DNA of 63,883 bases, the filler included, from Blastocystis sp. subtype 4 (Eukaryota), in assembly GCF_000743755.1 (NCBI RefSeq). It is 4 parts of 4 records of this genome, joined end to end, with 100 filler letters (N's around TTAATTAATTAA, not from the genome) between each part and the next. Parts side by side here need not be neighbours in the genome. Positions count along the whole stretch, not along the records: positions 37,205 to 55,076 come from NW_014569323.1; 3 more parts are not named here. One strand, written 5' to 3'. The notes below the pieces were generated by a model. That model saw nothing but the letters and a program-made list of their open reading frames with translations, ran no database searches and was not told where the DNA came from. Shown piece after piece: positions 37,205 through 49,900 of the stretch. Position 1 is the first letter of the stretch, and each line of letters begins with the position of its first letter. The translations under genes were made by a program, and so were the position numbers.

Positions 37205-37406
37205 GAAGGTGAAGCTGGATGTGGGTGAGTTCATTAAGGGAGAGAACCGTTTCACCACATTGGATAAGAGTCTACCTGATGTGGCTGAGAAATTGCACTC
37301 TACATTGCGAGAGCAGTTGAAGGAGAGGCAGGAGGAGAGAGTGCGTATGGCCATGTCTGATAAACAGCTCTATAAGTATCTTGCTAAGAAGTTTGAGAAG
37401 AAGTAA
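37205..37406 (+). CDS. C-terminal fragment of pyruvate:ferredoxin oxidoreductase (PFO/PNO family)
   Basis: EFIKGENRFTTLDKSLPDVAEKL matches the PFO C-terminal F..GENRF..L....P..A..L pattern; 5' part lost at the spacer. Confidence 0.75.
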
Positions 37407-37510
37407 TCCCGTAATCATGTCACAAATATATTGTGTGAATTGTTTGTTTGAAAATAACTGAAGGTTATTATTTAAGTTACTGTGGTCAGTTCTGTCCGTT
37501 TCCTATTGCA

Positions 37511-40228
37511 ATGGACTTGAAAGTTTATGAAAAGGGAAGAGAACTTGGTTCTGACAAGAGGAACAGAATGAATTCATCAGGACAACAAACCCTTAAAACG
37601 AATCATCCTATGTATGGAAGAGTCGGGTTTTGCAATACTGTCAACACTTGCTACTTGAATACGGCGATTCAAGTGAGTTTAAATCATGTCAGTCATTCGT
37701 AGCTATTATCACATATTCCAGATATAACATTATATTTTATCTCCAGATACCCAATAATTCGAGTATTTGTGTCAACCCCGATTGATCAGTAGAAAATGCG
37801 AGAAGAGAAGGGAAAAGTGGACGAAAGCGTTCTGACGAATTATGTTTCACTAATGGAGTTTTTGTGGAGACGGAGCTATCGGACTATTAACCCTAATCCA
37901 CTGAAGGTAGCATTTGATAAACGGTGCCCAACTTTCAAGGCGATGGAACAACATGATACCATTGAGTTTTTTGTTGGTTTTAAATTGGATTGTTGATGTA
38001 GATGTGTTTCGTGGAAATGTTGAATGATGATCTTAAGAATGAGAATGGAATCAAAGAAGAAGGAGATCTTCCAACAACTCCTAATGAGTTGTGGTTGAAA
38101 AAGCAATCAATTTACTCAAATCCTGTTTTTGACAATTTGTATGGACTTTTGCGTTCGGTTGAACATTGTTATACTTGTGGTGTCTTTTCTTGATATTGAG
38201 TTGATGAATAGGACCGAGTCCAGTATTACTGTTTCAATTGTTTGACGGTTCCCCTTCCACGTACAGATGACTATGTAATTGTGAACTTTTTGAAGACTGT
38301 TACAGTTGCTGATACGTATAATAGCGAGCAAATTAAGTATCGTGGCGTTGCACAACAGCCGTTTCTCTGTCATATGCGTTATGAGAGATCATGTCGCGAC
38401 TTGTATGATCAAATGTGTATTCATCTTGGGCGGAACATAATGGAGTTTGATTTGATCCTCTATGCACGTGGTCGTCGTGTTTTGGTATAACTAAGATATT
38501 CAGTTAATGAATAGTGTGAAGTTCTTCGACCAACGATGGGTCAGAGCCTTTTGTATCAACATCGAGAACGAGGTTCGTTCCTTATCTGCTGTCTGGTAAG
38601 ATTATTCTACACAAGTAATTGTAAGAAGCCAAATCCTTCTTCTATTCCTCTTCTCTTACAGTGTGCCTCATGGAGGTATACACTGAATGATAATGTCCGG
38701 AAGACATCTTTTCTTCGTGTTGGATTCCCGCGGATTCTGTATGTTAATCCTACAGACACATTTCTACAGGTGTTCAGTCAGGTGAATCAGTACGTATTCC
38801 CTGAATACCGACACCATCTGGCTCTCTTCCAGAAACGTATGGAAGTGATCGTTCAGTTAGTGTTTGCATCGGTTGCTTTGCGGCCTATTAGTAGGCCTAT
38901 TGAGCCATCAGAGAAAAAGATGAAGAAAGAGGCTGACGCCTCACCAGTTATGAGTGCATCTTCTTCGGAGAGTCTGATTGTGAGTTCAGATTCAGAAGTG
39001 AGTGCATCTGGTGAAGTCAAAGAAGATAACAGTGTGGTTGTGAAGAATGAAGAAGCTGTGGGTGATAAGAATGATGGAACTGAGAATACTTCATTGAAAC
39101 CAACTGATATCTCTTCAAATTCTACTGAAACAAGCAATAGCCCAACCCCTAAGTCACATGATGGTTCTACTACCAATAATGAGACGACTCAACCTTCAAG
39201 TTTATCATCCAGAACTCATGAGAATCATAAACGTCAGTTCTTCCAAACCCTTAACGATCCTATCAAATGTTATCCTGAGAATCGTAAGTTCATATTCTCA
39301 GTCTCAGCAATAGATGTTCTATCATGGCTTAACTTTACTCCTGGAATTCCAGTCATAAATCATTATCTCTACACACAAGCACTGTCTTCACCGAATCCTC
39401 CTGTGTGGTTATCCTTCATCTTCCGTCAAGAACATCTTATGCGCTCTGTTAGTTCACTTATCGGAGTCCAGGGGTCTGTTAAGTCCTTATTCATGCTTCT
39501 TGATGTCGATGAAGGAGTCAAACCAATCATTCCTGCGATTCCTGAGAATGATGAGCGTCGCAAACGAATTCTAACGAATTACTCACGAGAGGTGACAGAG
39601 CCTAAATTCAGTATGGATGTAGACACAGTGAGGGAGTTCACTCAAGGACAGAACAAGCGTGAAGAAGTCCCACTACAAGTATGCTTAGAATCAATGATGT
39701 TGGATCATACAGCTGGAAAGAATATGAATAAGTAGGTATTTAAGAGTGATTGATTATGAAGTGTCTGTTGCCATTGTCATAAACCATCCGTACCAAACTC
39801 AACAATCAAACTATGTCGTTTACCTCCTTATCTAGTGATTCACTTATCTCGTTGTGAGTATGATACTAATGCAAATTCTACTGATTCTTACTCTCAACAC
39901 AAGATCACAACGAATGTGGTGTATCCACTTGAGGATTTAGATATGGCGCCATATTTGTTAGAAGATATGAGAGAGAAAGGAGTCTCATATTTGTATGATT
40001 TGATTGGAGTTGCATGTCATCGAGGATCAGGAATGGGAGGTCATTATTCAGCCATCTGTCGTGATAATGTGGATGGAGTGAATAAGTGGTTTCGATATAG
40101 TGATGATACAGTGGAAGAAGTGTCTGTCAAAGCAGTACGTAATGCTGATGCGTATGCTTTGGTGTATTCAAGAAAGGGTGATAATACTCACTCAGCACTT
40201 GATATTGTTCACTATCTTCAGAATAACT
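37511..40228 (+). CDS. Ubiquitin-specific protease (USP/C19); stop probably poly(A)-made at 40228
   Basis: Cys box GRVGFCNTVNTCYLNTAIQ; EQHD; His box YDLIGVACHRGSGMGGHYSA...WFRYSDD. Confidence 0.9.
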
Positions 40229-40232
40229 CTTG

Positions 40233-40247
40233 TGTTTGTTACAAACA
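40233..40247. terminator. Bidirectional polyadenylation element TGTTTGTTACAAACA
   Basis: TGTTTGTT on the plus strand and TGTTTGTA on the minus strand, each four nt from an in-frame first-position T of the converging genes. Confidence 0.75.
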
Positions 40248-40251
40248 GAAT

Positions 40252-41300
40252 AGGAAGAGTGTCGTTTCACTACATCTGTGTTTTCCAATGCATGAATGTT
40301 CTCAGGCGAGTTAAATACACTTCCAAATATTTCACGTTCTCTTTCTAATACTTGAGGCGTTATGATCGATGATTCCCAATCTACTCATCAACCATCTTCT
40401 TTATTGGTACTAGCTACGAGTTTCTTGATAGCCTGTGTGCTATTCACATTGTATCGAGTATACTCTTCTAGGAACGAAAAAGCTCCCTCTAATCCATCTT
40501 GTGTTGTGATACTATTAACAAGTCCCAAGTCATAAGCCTGATGAGCGTTCATCTTCTCTGCTTTCAGGAGGATTTGAAGTGCATTCTGACGACCCACAAT
40601 CTGAATCAATCTAGAGGCGCCACCCCAACCAGGGCATAACGAGAGACTGTTGTGAATGAATCGAATATAGCTTTTGGGATCCTCTTTCATGATCCTTTGA
40701 ATGAATCACGATGAATATGTATACCTGAAATCAGTGCAAGTAGTAATTTCTGCTCCACCACCAATAGCATATCCTTCAATTAGACAAACACTGACCAAAC
40801 CTAAACGACGCAGACGTGTGAGAGAAGTCTGCATTAAAAGATTCAACTCCAATTTTGCATCTTTATCATGTGTGTACTTCTTTGCTGAGAGTAGGTCGAA
40901 ACCAGAGCAAAATGTGGAGTTCATTCCCCGTAATACCAAACCACATCCTCCCTTCCATTGCTCCAATGTATCCATGTGATTTGCTAAATCAACCATCATC
41001 TTTTCCCTATTCTCAATGAATCACACCTTTTCTACGTGACCGCATTCTTTTTGGGAACATTATTAAGTGTCAAAACAGCATATTTCCCCTCAAATGTAAG
41101 GTCCACAGATCCCTCATTGGCTAAGGATCAATCATTATATGAACCAAAACATCTTTTAGCAATCTTACTCTTCAGCAATTCATACTGGGACTCTGAAATA
41201 CCCGTAGGAAGCGAATAGGCTCTCTACAAAAGCACCAACCTCCATCACATACAGCGATCGATTGAACACCCACTCTAGCACTCACAACTCGAGATAACAT
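40252..41300 (-). CDS. Crotonase-family protein resembling ethylmalonyl-CoA decarboxylase (ECHDC1), with MRO presequence
   Basis: NNVPKKNAVTGKMMVDL...LEQWKGGCGLVLRGMNSTFCSGFDL, IEGYAIGGGAEITTCTDFR and PGWGGASRL motifs; leader MLSRVVSARVGVQSIARAYS after intron 41224-41252. Confidence 0.8.
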
Positions 41301-41560
41301 CGATTCTAAAAGGACGGCAAAAATAAAAAATAGCACCTCGTAGTTTCGATCTACGGACCTCAGGGTTATGGGCCCTGCACGCTTCCCCTGCGCCAAGGTG
41401 CTTCACATTTTCTTTCTCAGGTATCTATTTAAGAGTGTTCCTACATTGAATAGATAACCAAGGGATGCTGTATAACAAGACTGAGAACTGTTCATAGAAA
41501 ATATCGACAAAGAGGAAGAATTGAGATCCATCATGCTATCATAATCAGTTCTGTCACTGA

Positions 41561-43922
41561 ATGCTCCGGTTATCAAAACTATTCATTGCGAATCGTGGCG
41601 AAATTGCTAGTCGGATTATTCGAACAGCAAAGAACCTTGGGATTAAGACTATTGCTGTTTGTAATCCCAACGATCAATCTTCTAAATATATTCAGGAGGT
41701 CTGCTTTATTCAATTCCAGTAATTGTTCGTAGGCCGATGAAGCCATTTGCGTTCCGTCTTCCAACAACATTTTTCTAGATATGGAAAGCATGATTCGTAT
41801 TGCAAAGGAACATAATGCTGATGTATGTTATTTGATGTTGTATTGAATCAAGGCACTCCATCCTGGTTATGGCTTCTTGTCTGAGAGTCCTGTCTTTTCT
41901 CGTGAATGCGAAAAGAATGGTATCAAGTTTGTTGGTCCCTCTTATGAAACAATGCAGTTACTGAGTAGCAAAAGGTGGTCGATGAATGTGAAACTAATCT
42001 CTAGAGATGCTAAAGAACTGGCTGTTCGCTGTGGGATTCCTGTTATTCCTGGTTATAATGGAGGCGATCAATCTATGTCTCGGATTTGTGAAGAGGTCAA
42101 GCAGATTGGATACCCAGCCCTTCTAAAGGCAACAATGGGTGGAGGTGGTCGTGTCAATCTAAGCTGTCGTTCTTATCGTTAGGGAATGCGTATTATTGAG
42201 AGTGAAACAAATCTAGAGCAAGTGATTACAATGTGTATGAACGAAGCAAAGAAACACTTTGGTGATGGCTCTCTTCTTATCGAAAAGTCACTCTTTTATC
42301 TTGTTGTAATCTCTAGATACCTTCCTCGCACTCATCATATCGAAGTTCAAGTTTTTGGAGATCAACATGGGAATTATGTTCATTTTGGCGAGCGAGAGTG
42401 TAGTCTTCAACGCCATTATCAGAAGATCGTAGAAGAAGCTCCTTGTGTTGATTTTCTTGTGTTTGACTCACATTCAGTTTTACCTCTCATCTTCAGAGAA
42501 GGAGAAGTTGTATCGTTGGGCTATTGAGCTTGCCAAAGCTTCTAAGTATGAAGGAGCGGGAACTGTTGAGTTTTTGTGTGATGCCAATTCTCGTGATTTC
42601 TATTTCATGGAGGTGAATACGCGTTTGCAAGTGGAACATCTAGTGTCTCAGTGTATTAACCATCAGATTGATCTCGTTGAATTGCAACTTCGAGTAGGAG
42701 TTTCATTCATGAGTGGAAGGATAGATTGCTGCTGGGGAATCCATTCAATCAATAGGAGTTTCATCATTTCAACCCGCATGTGCAGCTCCTTCTTCATCCA
42801 TATACAAAAACGGTCCAAATTGTGGTACTTATGCAATGGAATGTCGTGTCTACAACGAAGATCCAGCAAAGTGGGTTTGTTCTCCTTATCTTATTCTAGT
42901 CACTTTCTTCCAGGAGATGGTGTGGTTTTCTATCATGATCATGTAACAGATCATTCTCATACACTGATCGAGAATAATGTTGTTTCCTCTACTTCAATTC
43001 CTGGAATTTCCTATGATCCTATGCTTCTGAAGGTGGTTACAACTGGTCAATCTCGTCTTGAAGTGATTGATCGAATGATTCAGACGCTTCATCGTTGTAA
43101 CATTTATGGAGTTCCAACAAATATCCCATTTTTGATTAATCTACTTCAAGAGAAGCACTACCGAGAGAGCGGAGCTGATTCCAAAACAGTGTCAGAATTC
43201 GGAGGTATTTCTGAAACATATGACCCTCTGGAGATCAGTAATGCGATTGCTGGATATCTATTTTCGCAATGTGGAGTATCTGATTCAATCTCAGATACTG
43301 ATCCATGGACTCAGTGTGCTAATTACTGTAATTCGCATGATCTCACTCGCATTGAGCGAATGAAAGTCAATTCAGTTCTTGTGGATTATAAGCTCTCAGG
43401 TGATCATACCAAGCCTAACTCGTACACACTTCAGTTCAATGATCAAACTGTATCAATTGGTTTAATTCGTTCTTCAGATCAGGAGATGTGTATTTCTGTT
43501 GATCATGAGCTGGTTCAGAGCTATGTATATTCAGCTCCAGATGGGTCTGTGCATGTGTTCCCAGTGACTGCTACGGATCATTTTCCACGTACATCTGAGA
43601 CTGACGTGTGATATAGATTCGCAATACGCTGTAGTTCCTGTGATACCAAAGGAGACGAGTCCCACGGAGAAGAGTTCTGTGTTGACGGATGTGATGTGTC
43701 CAATGCCAAGCACAGTAACTCGGGTCACAGTGCATAATGGTGACAGAGTGAAGAAAGGTGATTTACTGGTTGTTGTAGAGGCAATGAAGATGGAAGTAAG
43801 AGTGAATAATTGGAGTTAGGATAAGCATTTAATTGTTGCTCCTCGCGATGGAGTTGTGGAGATGGGAGAGATCAAAGAGAATCAGTTCCTTAAAAAAGGC
43901 CAACAGATTCTTCGGGTGGTTT
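41561..43922 (+). CDS. Biotin-dependent acyl-CoA carboxylase alpha subunit (BC plus BCCP; MCC-alpha-like, PCC-alpha not excluded)
   Basis: KLFIANRGEIA, HPGYGFLSE, GGGGRGMR, ERECSLQRHYQKIVEEAP, FMEVNTRLQVEH, YDPM and the biotinylation motif EAMKME-H. Confidence 0.92.
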
Positions 43923-44024
43923 GGATTGTTTGTTAAAACAAACAGATAGGACAGAAAGAATGCCCACACAACACAAAGTCATACAGATGGGAATACAGTA
44001 TTGTCGATTCAATACTGGATACAT

Positions 44025-45483
44025 TTACATGACCACACAGTCACATTTCTATTCATCATTGGTTTCATTCACTCTCACATTCACCTCTTCCTCATTCGGA
44101 TCTTCAAACGGATTAAGATACTCCCTTCGATCCTTATTCACTAGTTCCTCCATTGCTCGCTCCATGTCTGATCGTTGTTGCCTCATTATCTCAATAGCTT
44201 CTTCCTCTTCTTCAGGGATAACTTCACTTCATTTTCTCTCTCACACTTACTCTCATTAATCTCTCCTTGTGGCTTTGTAACCACGGATGCCACCTCCACT
44301 TGATGGCCATTCTGTGAGGGTGGCAGAGAATCAGGCGACGAGTTTTGTTCCTCAGAAGTTTTCACTCCATGTTTCTCTTTGTCATCCTTCTTATCGCTCT
44401 CCGGTAGAGTCATCACCAGTTGTTGAAACACTATAATCAATCATTCTTTCTATGCCTACAGCATGGATCCTTGTAAGACTCATTGGATGTCTCCCTTATT
44501 GACTCACCATTCATACTGTTCATTTCATTGATTCCTGAACTATTACGGGATTCTTGCTTCACAGCTCCAGGGGGATGTGAGGAAGAGATTCCAGGTGTCA
44601 CATGACTTCTGGAACCAGAGGTTGCGATTGATTGATGATTCTCCGGAAGTGGCTGAGATGGTTCATGTTTATCACTCAGAACACTCAATTCTTTTGTAAC
44701 TACACCCTTCATAACCAAATATCATCCATACCACGGAGATTTGGAACTAATTGAGTAATCAATTCTCGAAGAGGACGTAAGTCACTTGGACCAATCAAAT
44801 GAAACTGGTCTACAAAATACAGAAAATGGGTAAGACTGAAGTTAAATTGCTCAGTAAGAGCAAGTCGGTCAATGAGTGTCATATGACTGTAGTAGATATG
44901 GGCATACACTCGGAACATACGTCGAAAGATATTCTTTACCTTTTCTAGGTAATCTCTCGGAAACGGCACATCTAGGTGTTATTTTAGTATCAACCTCTTA
45001 CTTGGTACAATTGGGAAGATAGTATCATCTTCAAGGAGACGTACAATCCAGTTCATTAGATAGTCGATGTAGATCCTCGCTGGAAGTCGTGTTGGCTTCC
45101 TATACTTGTATTTATCCGTCCACAGGAATTCATAACTACAAAGATCATACCTCGAAACAATAGATACTTCTCCCCAGCTGACATAATAGGACAAGAATAA
45201 TTAGTACATTCCTCCTGGACAACACCAAAGATAATATTAATATCGTTATAAAAGTCAATAGCTACATCTAAACACTACCACCAACTTCTACCATGGACAG
45301 CAATCCATTCGTTTGGGTCAACATCTTCTGGACAGACTACTGCCGCTTGAATCCCTCCTCTGCTCTCTTACACAGAATCCATGACACTTACTTTTCCAAT
45401 GTTTCATTAACTTTTTTATGAAGGGTATATCGCAAAGAACCACTCTTGTGGCTCAATGTCCCATTTGCTGTACGAGTTATCAT
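44025..45483 (-). CDS. MOB kinase activator (MOB1-like) with a long low-complexity tail ending KCDCVVM; 5' end approximate
   Basis: TLEKGGIQAAVVCPEDVDPNEWIAVH, CPIMSAG, YIDYLMNW, PFPRDY and RRMFRVYAHIYYSH motifs; four further 29-32 nt introns keep the frame to a CVVM-stop. Confidence 0.85.
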
Positions 45484-45669
45484 TATCCAAGAATGATAGA
45501 ACAAACTTCAAAGGAAAACGTGTCTTGCTATGATGAGAGATACTTCAAGGAGGATTACACTCTCAACAAGACAAATAGATTTGTGATCAACAAAGTGGAA
45601 AATACCGCGGGACTCGCTGATATATGATGGCAACAAACAAGAACTAAAAGAATAACCCAAGGCACAAAA

Positions 45670-46321
45670 TTATGATTTCTTCCGATCCTCGATATCCTGG
45701 AGCACATCCTCCGCTTTCATCATGTATTCAAACCGATCAAGGCCCTACTTGTTACTTTACTCTAAAAATCATACTCCAGATGCATCAGCATGAGCCTGAT
45801 AGAGAATTGCCAGATTCTTTAGTGTTGTAAGAGTTGATCTATGATTCTTTCCACAAGTCTATTTGTTATCGAAACTATGTCTTTCCTACATCTTCATATA
45901 TTTGAAGAGCCTTATCGTAGTACAATGCAGCTTCATCATAGTCCTCAAGACTCTTGTACATCAAAGCAAGGTTGTTTAGACCACATGCATATACGGGATG
46001 ATTTTCACCGAAATGACTCTTGATCAGCTATTCTCACATCCACTTCCATATACCTACAGCTAACGCATCTTGAGCAACCACGAGTCCTTTCTCATATTCT
46101 TGTTTATTGTACAGATCGTTGATTTGCTGCTGTTTCTATTGATCAGAATCCCCCCCTAGATTCACCTCTGCAATCTGATTCTCTATCTCCATAAACATCT
46201 TGTGTTTCTTTTCATCCGTTGCAATATAGCTCTCAATCTCCAGTTCATCAAAATCTGTATATGGATGAGGATTGTCGTTAGGTTCTGGAAGATCGCCTGG
46301 TCGCTTCACGCTTGTGCTCAT
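45670..46321 (-). CDS. TPR-repeat protein (kinesin-light-chain-type repeats)
   Basis: HFGENHPVYACGLNNLALMYKSLEDYDEAALYYDKALQIY. Confidence 0.7.
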
Positions 46322-46690
46322 ATTGCTTTTGTTATCTAGAAAATTAATCTAATACATTTTCGAATACTGTCAGAGTGGATATTGAATGACTTTGAACGAT
46401 AGATGTAAGGAATGAGGAATCGCCTCCTCACTGCACCCTGGGTATACATCCGTAGAGGTACAAGCCTCGTTGTGGTAACGGTTACCATACTCACAGTACG
46501 AAGAGTTAGAAACCCCCATTGACCAACGGATTTAGTAAAGTTGAACATTTCAACTATATGTACTCTACCCTGCAAAGACTGAAGGCGAGTAAAAGGAGTT
46601 GTGTTGAATCGAGGCCGATTCCAGAAAATCGACTGATTCTGGAAAGAGAAACTGTCCTCTTTTATACTATAGTTTTGTAACTTATGTAGA

Positions 46691-46779
46691 CCGAGCTTAG
46701 CTCAGTTGGTAGAGCGTTAGACTGTAGTGGCTGCTCCGCAGCAATCTAAGGGTCGCTGGTTCGATTCCTGCAGCTCGGA
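46691..46779 (+). tRNA. tRNA-Tyr(GTA) with a 16-nt intron (46728-46743)
   Basis: CCGAGCT/AGCTCGG acceptor stem, GCTC/GAGC D stem, TTAGA-CT-GTA-G-[intron]-A-TCTAA anticodon arm, GGTTCGATTCC T loop, T-run terminator. Confidence 0.93.
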
Positions 46780-46931
46780 CTTTTTTCTTTGTTATTCTAA
46801 AAGAAACTAGAGTATGTTTTTATGATGAATTGAGATGGTTTGAAAGATTTCATGTGACATTGTTTTTATCATTTCATTTTTGGTTCGTTTATTTGCTGTT
46901 ATCGTGGTGAGCTGAATGAAACGTGCGGTAA

Positions 46932-49900
46932 ATGATGACTTCGACTGCATTGGCGGCGAAGGTTGGTACACTGTGCGTAAAATGAGATTTTATTGAAGTA
47001 ATAGGAACGTGTATCCCGTGATTTCCTGATCAACACTCCACGAATGTTGTTTTCCGATTCTCCGGATTTGTTGTCGTTTTTTCGTCCTCACTCTTCTATT
47101 CGTCTGGGTAATATCCAGGAAATCCGATTATCGGAATATGAGCGAGAAGAATGTGTTTGTTGGTTGGAGATGTTGACTTATTAGTCTATGAGAGTTGTAA
47201 ATCGTTTGTTCTTCGTGCTAGCTCGGGAACTCTGAAACAACGAAATGATTCCAGATATGAGATGGCTTGTTTTCATGTTGTTCTTTTTTGTGGTTGTAAT
47301 GATTAGGAAATGTCTTTACTTGTTAATATTGCTTCTCCGTATGAAGAAGTGTTTGTGCGTCGTAATGCCATTCTTCGTTTTCTCCAACGGTTTTCTTGTT
47401 GTCTTTTTTTAATTATAGTATTTTACGGAGTGCCCAAATCCATGGTGCTTCTTTAAAGCCTGCATATCCAGGTAGTCAAACTGCATGTACTTGTGGGTAG
47501 GATGAATGATTCTATTTTCACATAGAAATGTTCCACACTATGAGTTTTGCCCTATGCATGACATTTATGATAGTGAAAAGGCTTGTATGAAATCATTCTC
47601 TTTCTCACTTTTAGTTCTCTATCATACCCTTAAAACAGGTGATCGGGTTATTCAAGGACCCGATTGGCAATGGGGATCGCAAGGATTTGGTGTGGAGGGT
47701 ACTATTGTTTATCTGAAGAAATGGAAGGATTCTGATGGAGTTGCTGTATTCCTATGTTTTATCTATTCTCTATAGGTTCGTGTACTCTGGGATGATGGTT
47801 GCGACAATGTTTATCGATATGGAGCGGAAAATGCATTTGATGTCATTGAGTATGGTTTTTCTCTTTTCTCTTAGATAGATCAAATCCAGCATTACGAAAC
47901 GATTTTGTTATGCCTGGAGGATATGAGAATCCTTCAGAGAGTAATGATCGATTGTCCTGATGACTTCTAGTCTCATGGGCAGGATATGTTGAAAAGAATC
48001 TGCATCATGGTATTTACAAATCACGTGGTTTCTTTGCTCCTCATATTTCTAAAGATCAATTACAATCCCTTCTTCCTTCATATCATCGTGATGTTCTGTT
48101 GGATGAAGGAGAGGCCTCTACAGCCTTAGCGCTCCTTAAAGACATTCTAGCTATAAGTGAGACAGAAATTATGGTATGTCAAAAATGGTTCCTTTTTTTG
48201 TAGTCTTACTTGGATTCACCTTCTCATCATACCGTGGCTTTCAATCCATCAAAATATTGTACCAAATCTCTAATGGATGTATTGTTTCCCTATCAAATAT
48301 ACCTTCTCTCTCAAAGTGAGGATGATATCCGTGGGATTCGTACAGAATCAGTGATATTGGAAGGATACATCATCGATTTGTTTGCCTCATGTGTTCGAAT
48401 CATTACTACCACTCTAACTCGTATTCTAGAGAGTGATGCTGTTCCTGAAGTAATGAGTTCTCTTAAATTAACTCCAATTGGTGTTTTACTTCCTTATATG
48501 ATGAATGTGTTATATTTGGGTAATTTCTCTTGTTTTATCACTGAATACTTACATTCTGGTATTGATGAATTGGCTTTGTTATGGTGTAAACTGTTATCAA
48601 TATGTCGTCTTGATGTATTCTCTCATTCTGTTCATTATCATTAGGATTCATTGTCTAGTGACAATGATTATTTGACTTGGAGACCATTATACGCTTCTAC
48701 ATATACTACTCCCATTCAATCACTACCATGGCCTTTTGTTCTATTCAATCTTATTGTCTCAACGAGTACTCGATATCATTATACTTGTAGGTTCTATAGT
48801 GTGATAGAGGTTCGTGAGGATGTGCGTTGTCTTCTCGAGAGTTATGTGTTTTCAGGCGGATTACGCTTGTATTTATGTCATTTTCATTTGAAGCATAGAG
48901 AATCCCAAGAGCCTGACTCTATGTTGAGTTTTCTCCAAGGAGTGTTTGAGAATGAGATGAGTGAATATTCGTTGATTCATGAGTGGATTGATAGGAAGCA
49001 TCCAGAACCTGCCTGGAAACGTAAGCGAAATCCTATCAGTGTGTGCTTGGAGCTCAAATGTTTTGTTGTTCTGGTGCATTTGTGTGGATATGGGCAGCTT
49101 CTTCTTGATAGTTTCCGTCTGATTTTAAGTAGTTCTGTTGTTCATTTCATTAGTTTAGGTGAAGGAATGGATGATGTAGCTGTTCCATCTGTCTTCTCTC
49201 GATTCTGGAGAAGTGTTATTAGCATCCGAGAGTATCTCCGAACCAAACGCCAATCTTTCAGTACTTCTTCTACAATCACATTGAATCGGGCTTCCAGTAT
49301 GGTGACGGTACTTCCTCATCGTTCTTCTTCAGAATTACCACACACTGACTCACTTGATTCTGTTCGAACCAAACATATTCCAACTCCTCATACTTCCTCC
49401 AAACGAGAGTCTCGAAGAGAGATTAAAAGATTGATGACCTTCGCACCAGGCGATCTGATCCCTGAGAATCAAAGTGAAACCTCACTTCAGGCCTCTGCAG
49501 AAGCTTCTTCTCGATCAATCCGAGAACTGATGCAACAGAATGATGACGAATACCGCGGAGAAGAAGAAATAATGGCGGCACCGTCGAGTTATGAGGATTA
49601 TGTTGATGGATTGCTGCAGAAACTCACTCTGCTCATGAGTCTGAATCGCCCATGGAACTTGAATGAAAGTGAAACTGTCACAGGTGTTGATGAAGGAACA
49701 GCAGAGTCCTTACAGAAGAGTGTGCGTAAACCATTGCGTGTGATTGAAGAAGAGACGGGTGTAATTCCAGAGACAAAGGAGGACTTGGTTATAGCATGTG
49801 TGTTGAAGTATATTTTGGGTTGCACTACTGTGTCTGTACGACATCTTCGTGATTCTCTTCTTCATCGTACACAGAATGCCAGGACCAAACAACAGATCCT

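Noticed and set aside
46822..46915. Possible C/D box snoRNA downstream of tRNA-Tyr (ATGATGA...CTGA)
   Set aside because: No terminal stem and no rRNA-complementary guide that I can recognise; such boxes are common in AT-rich DNA.
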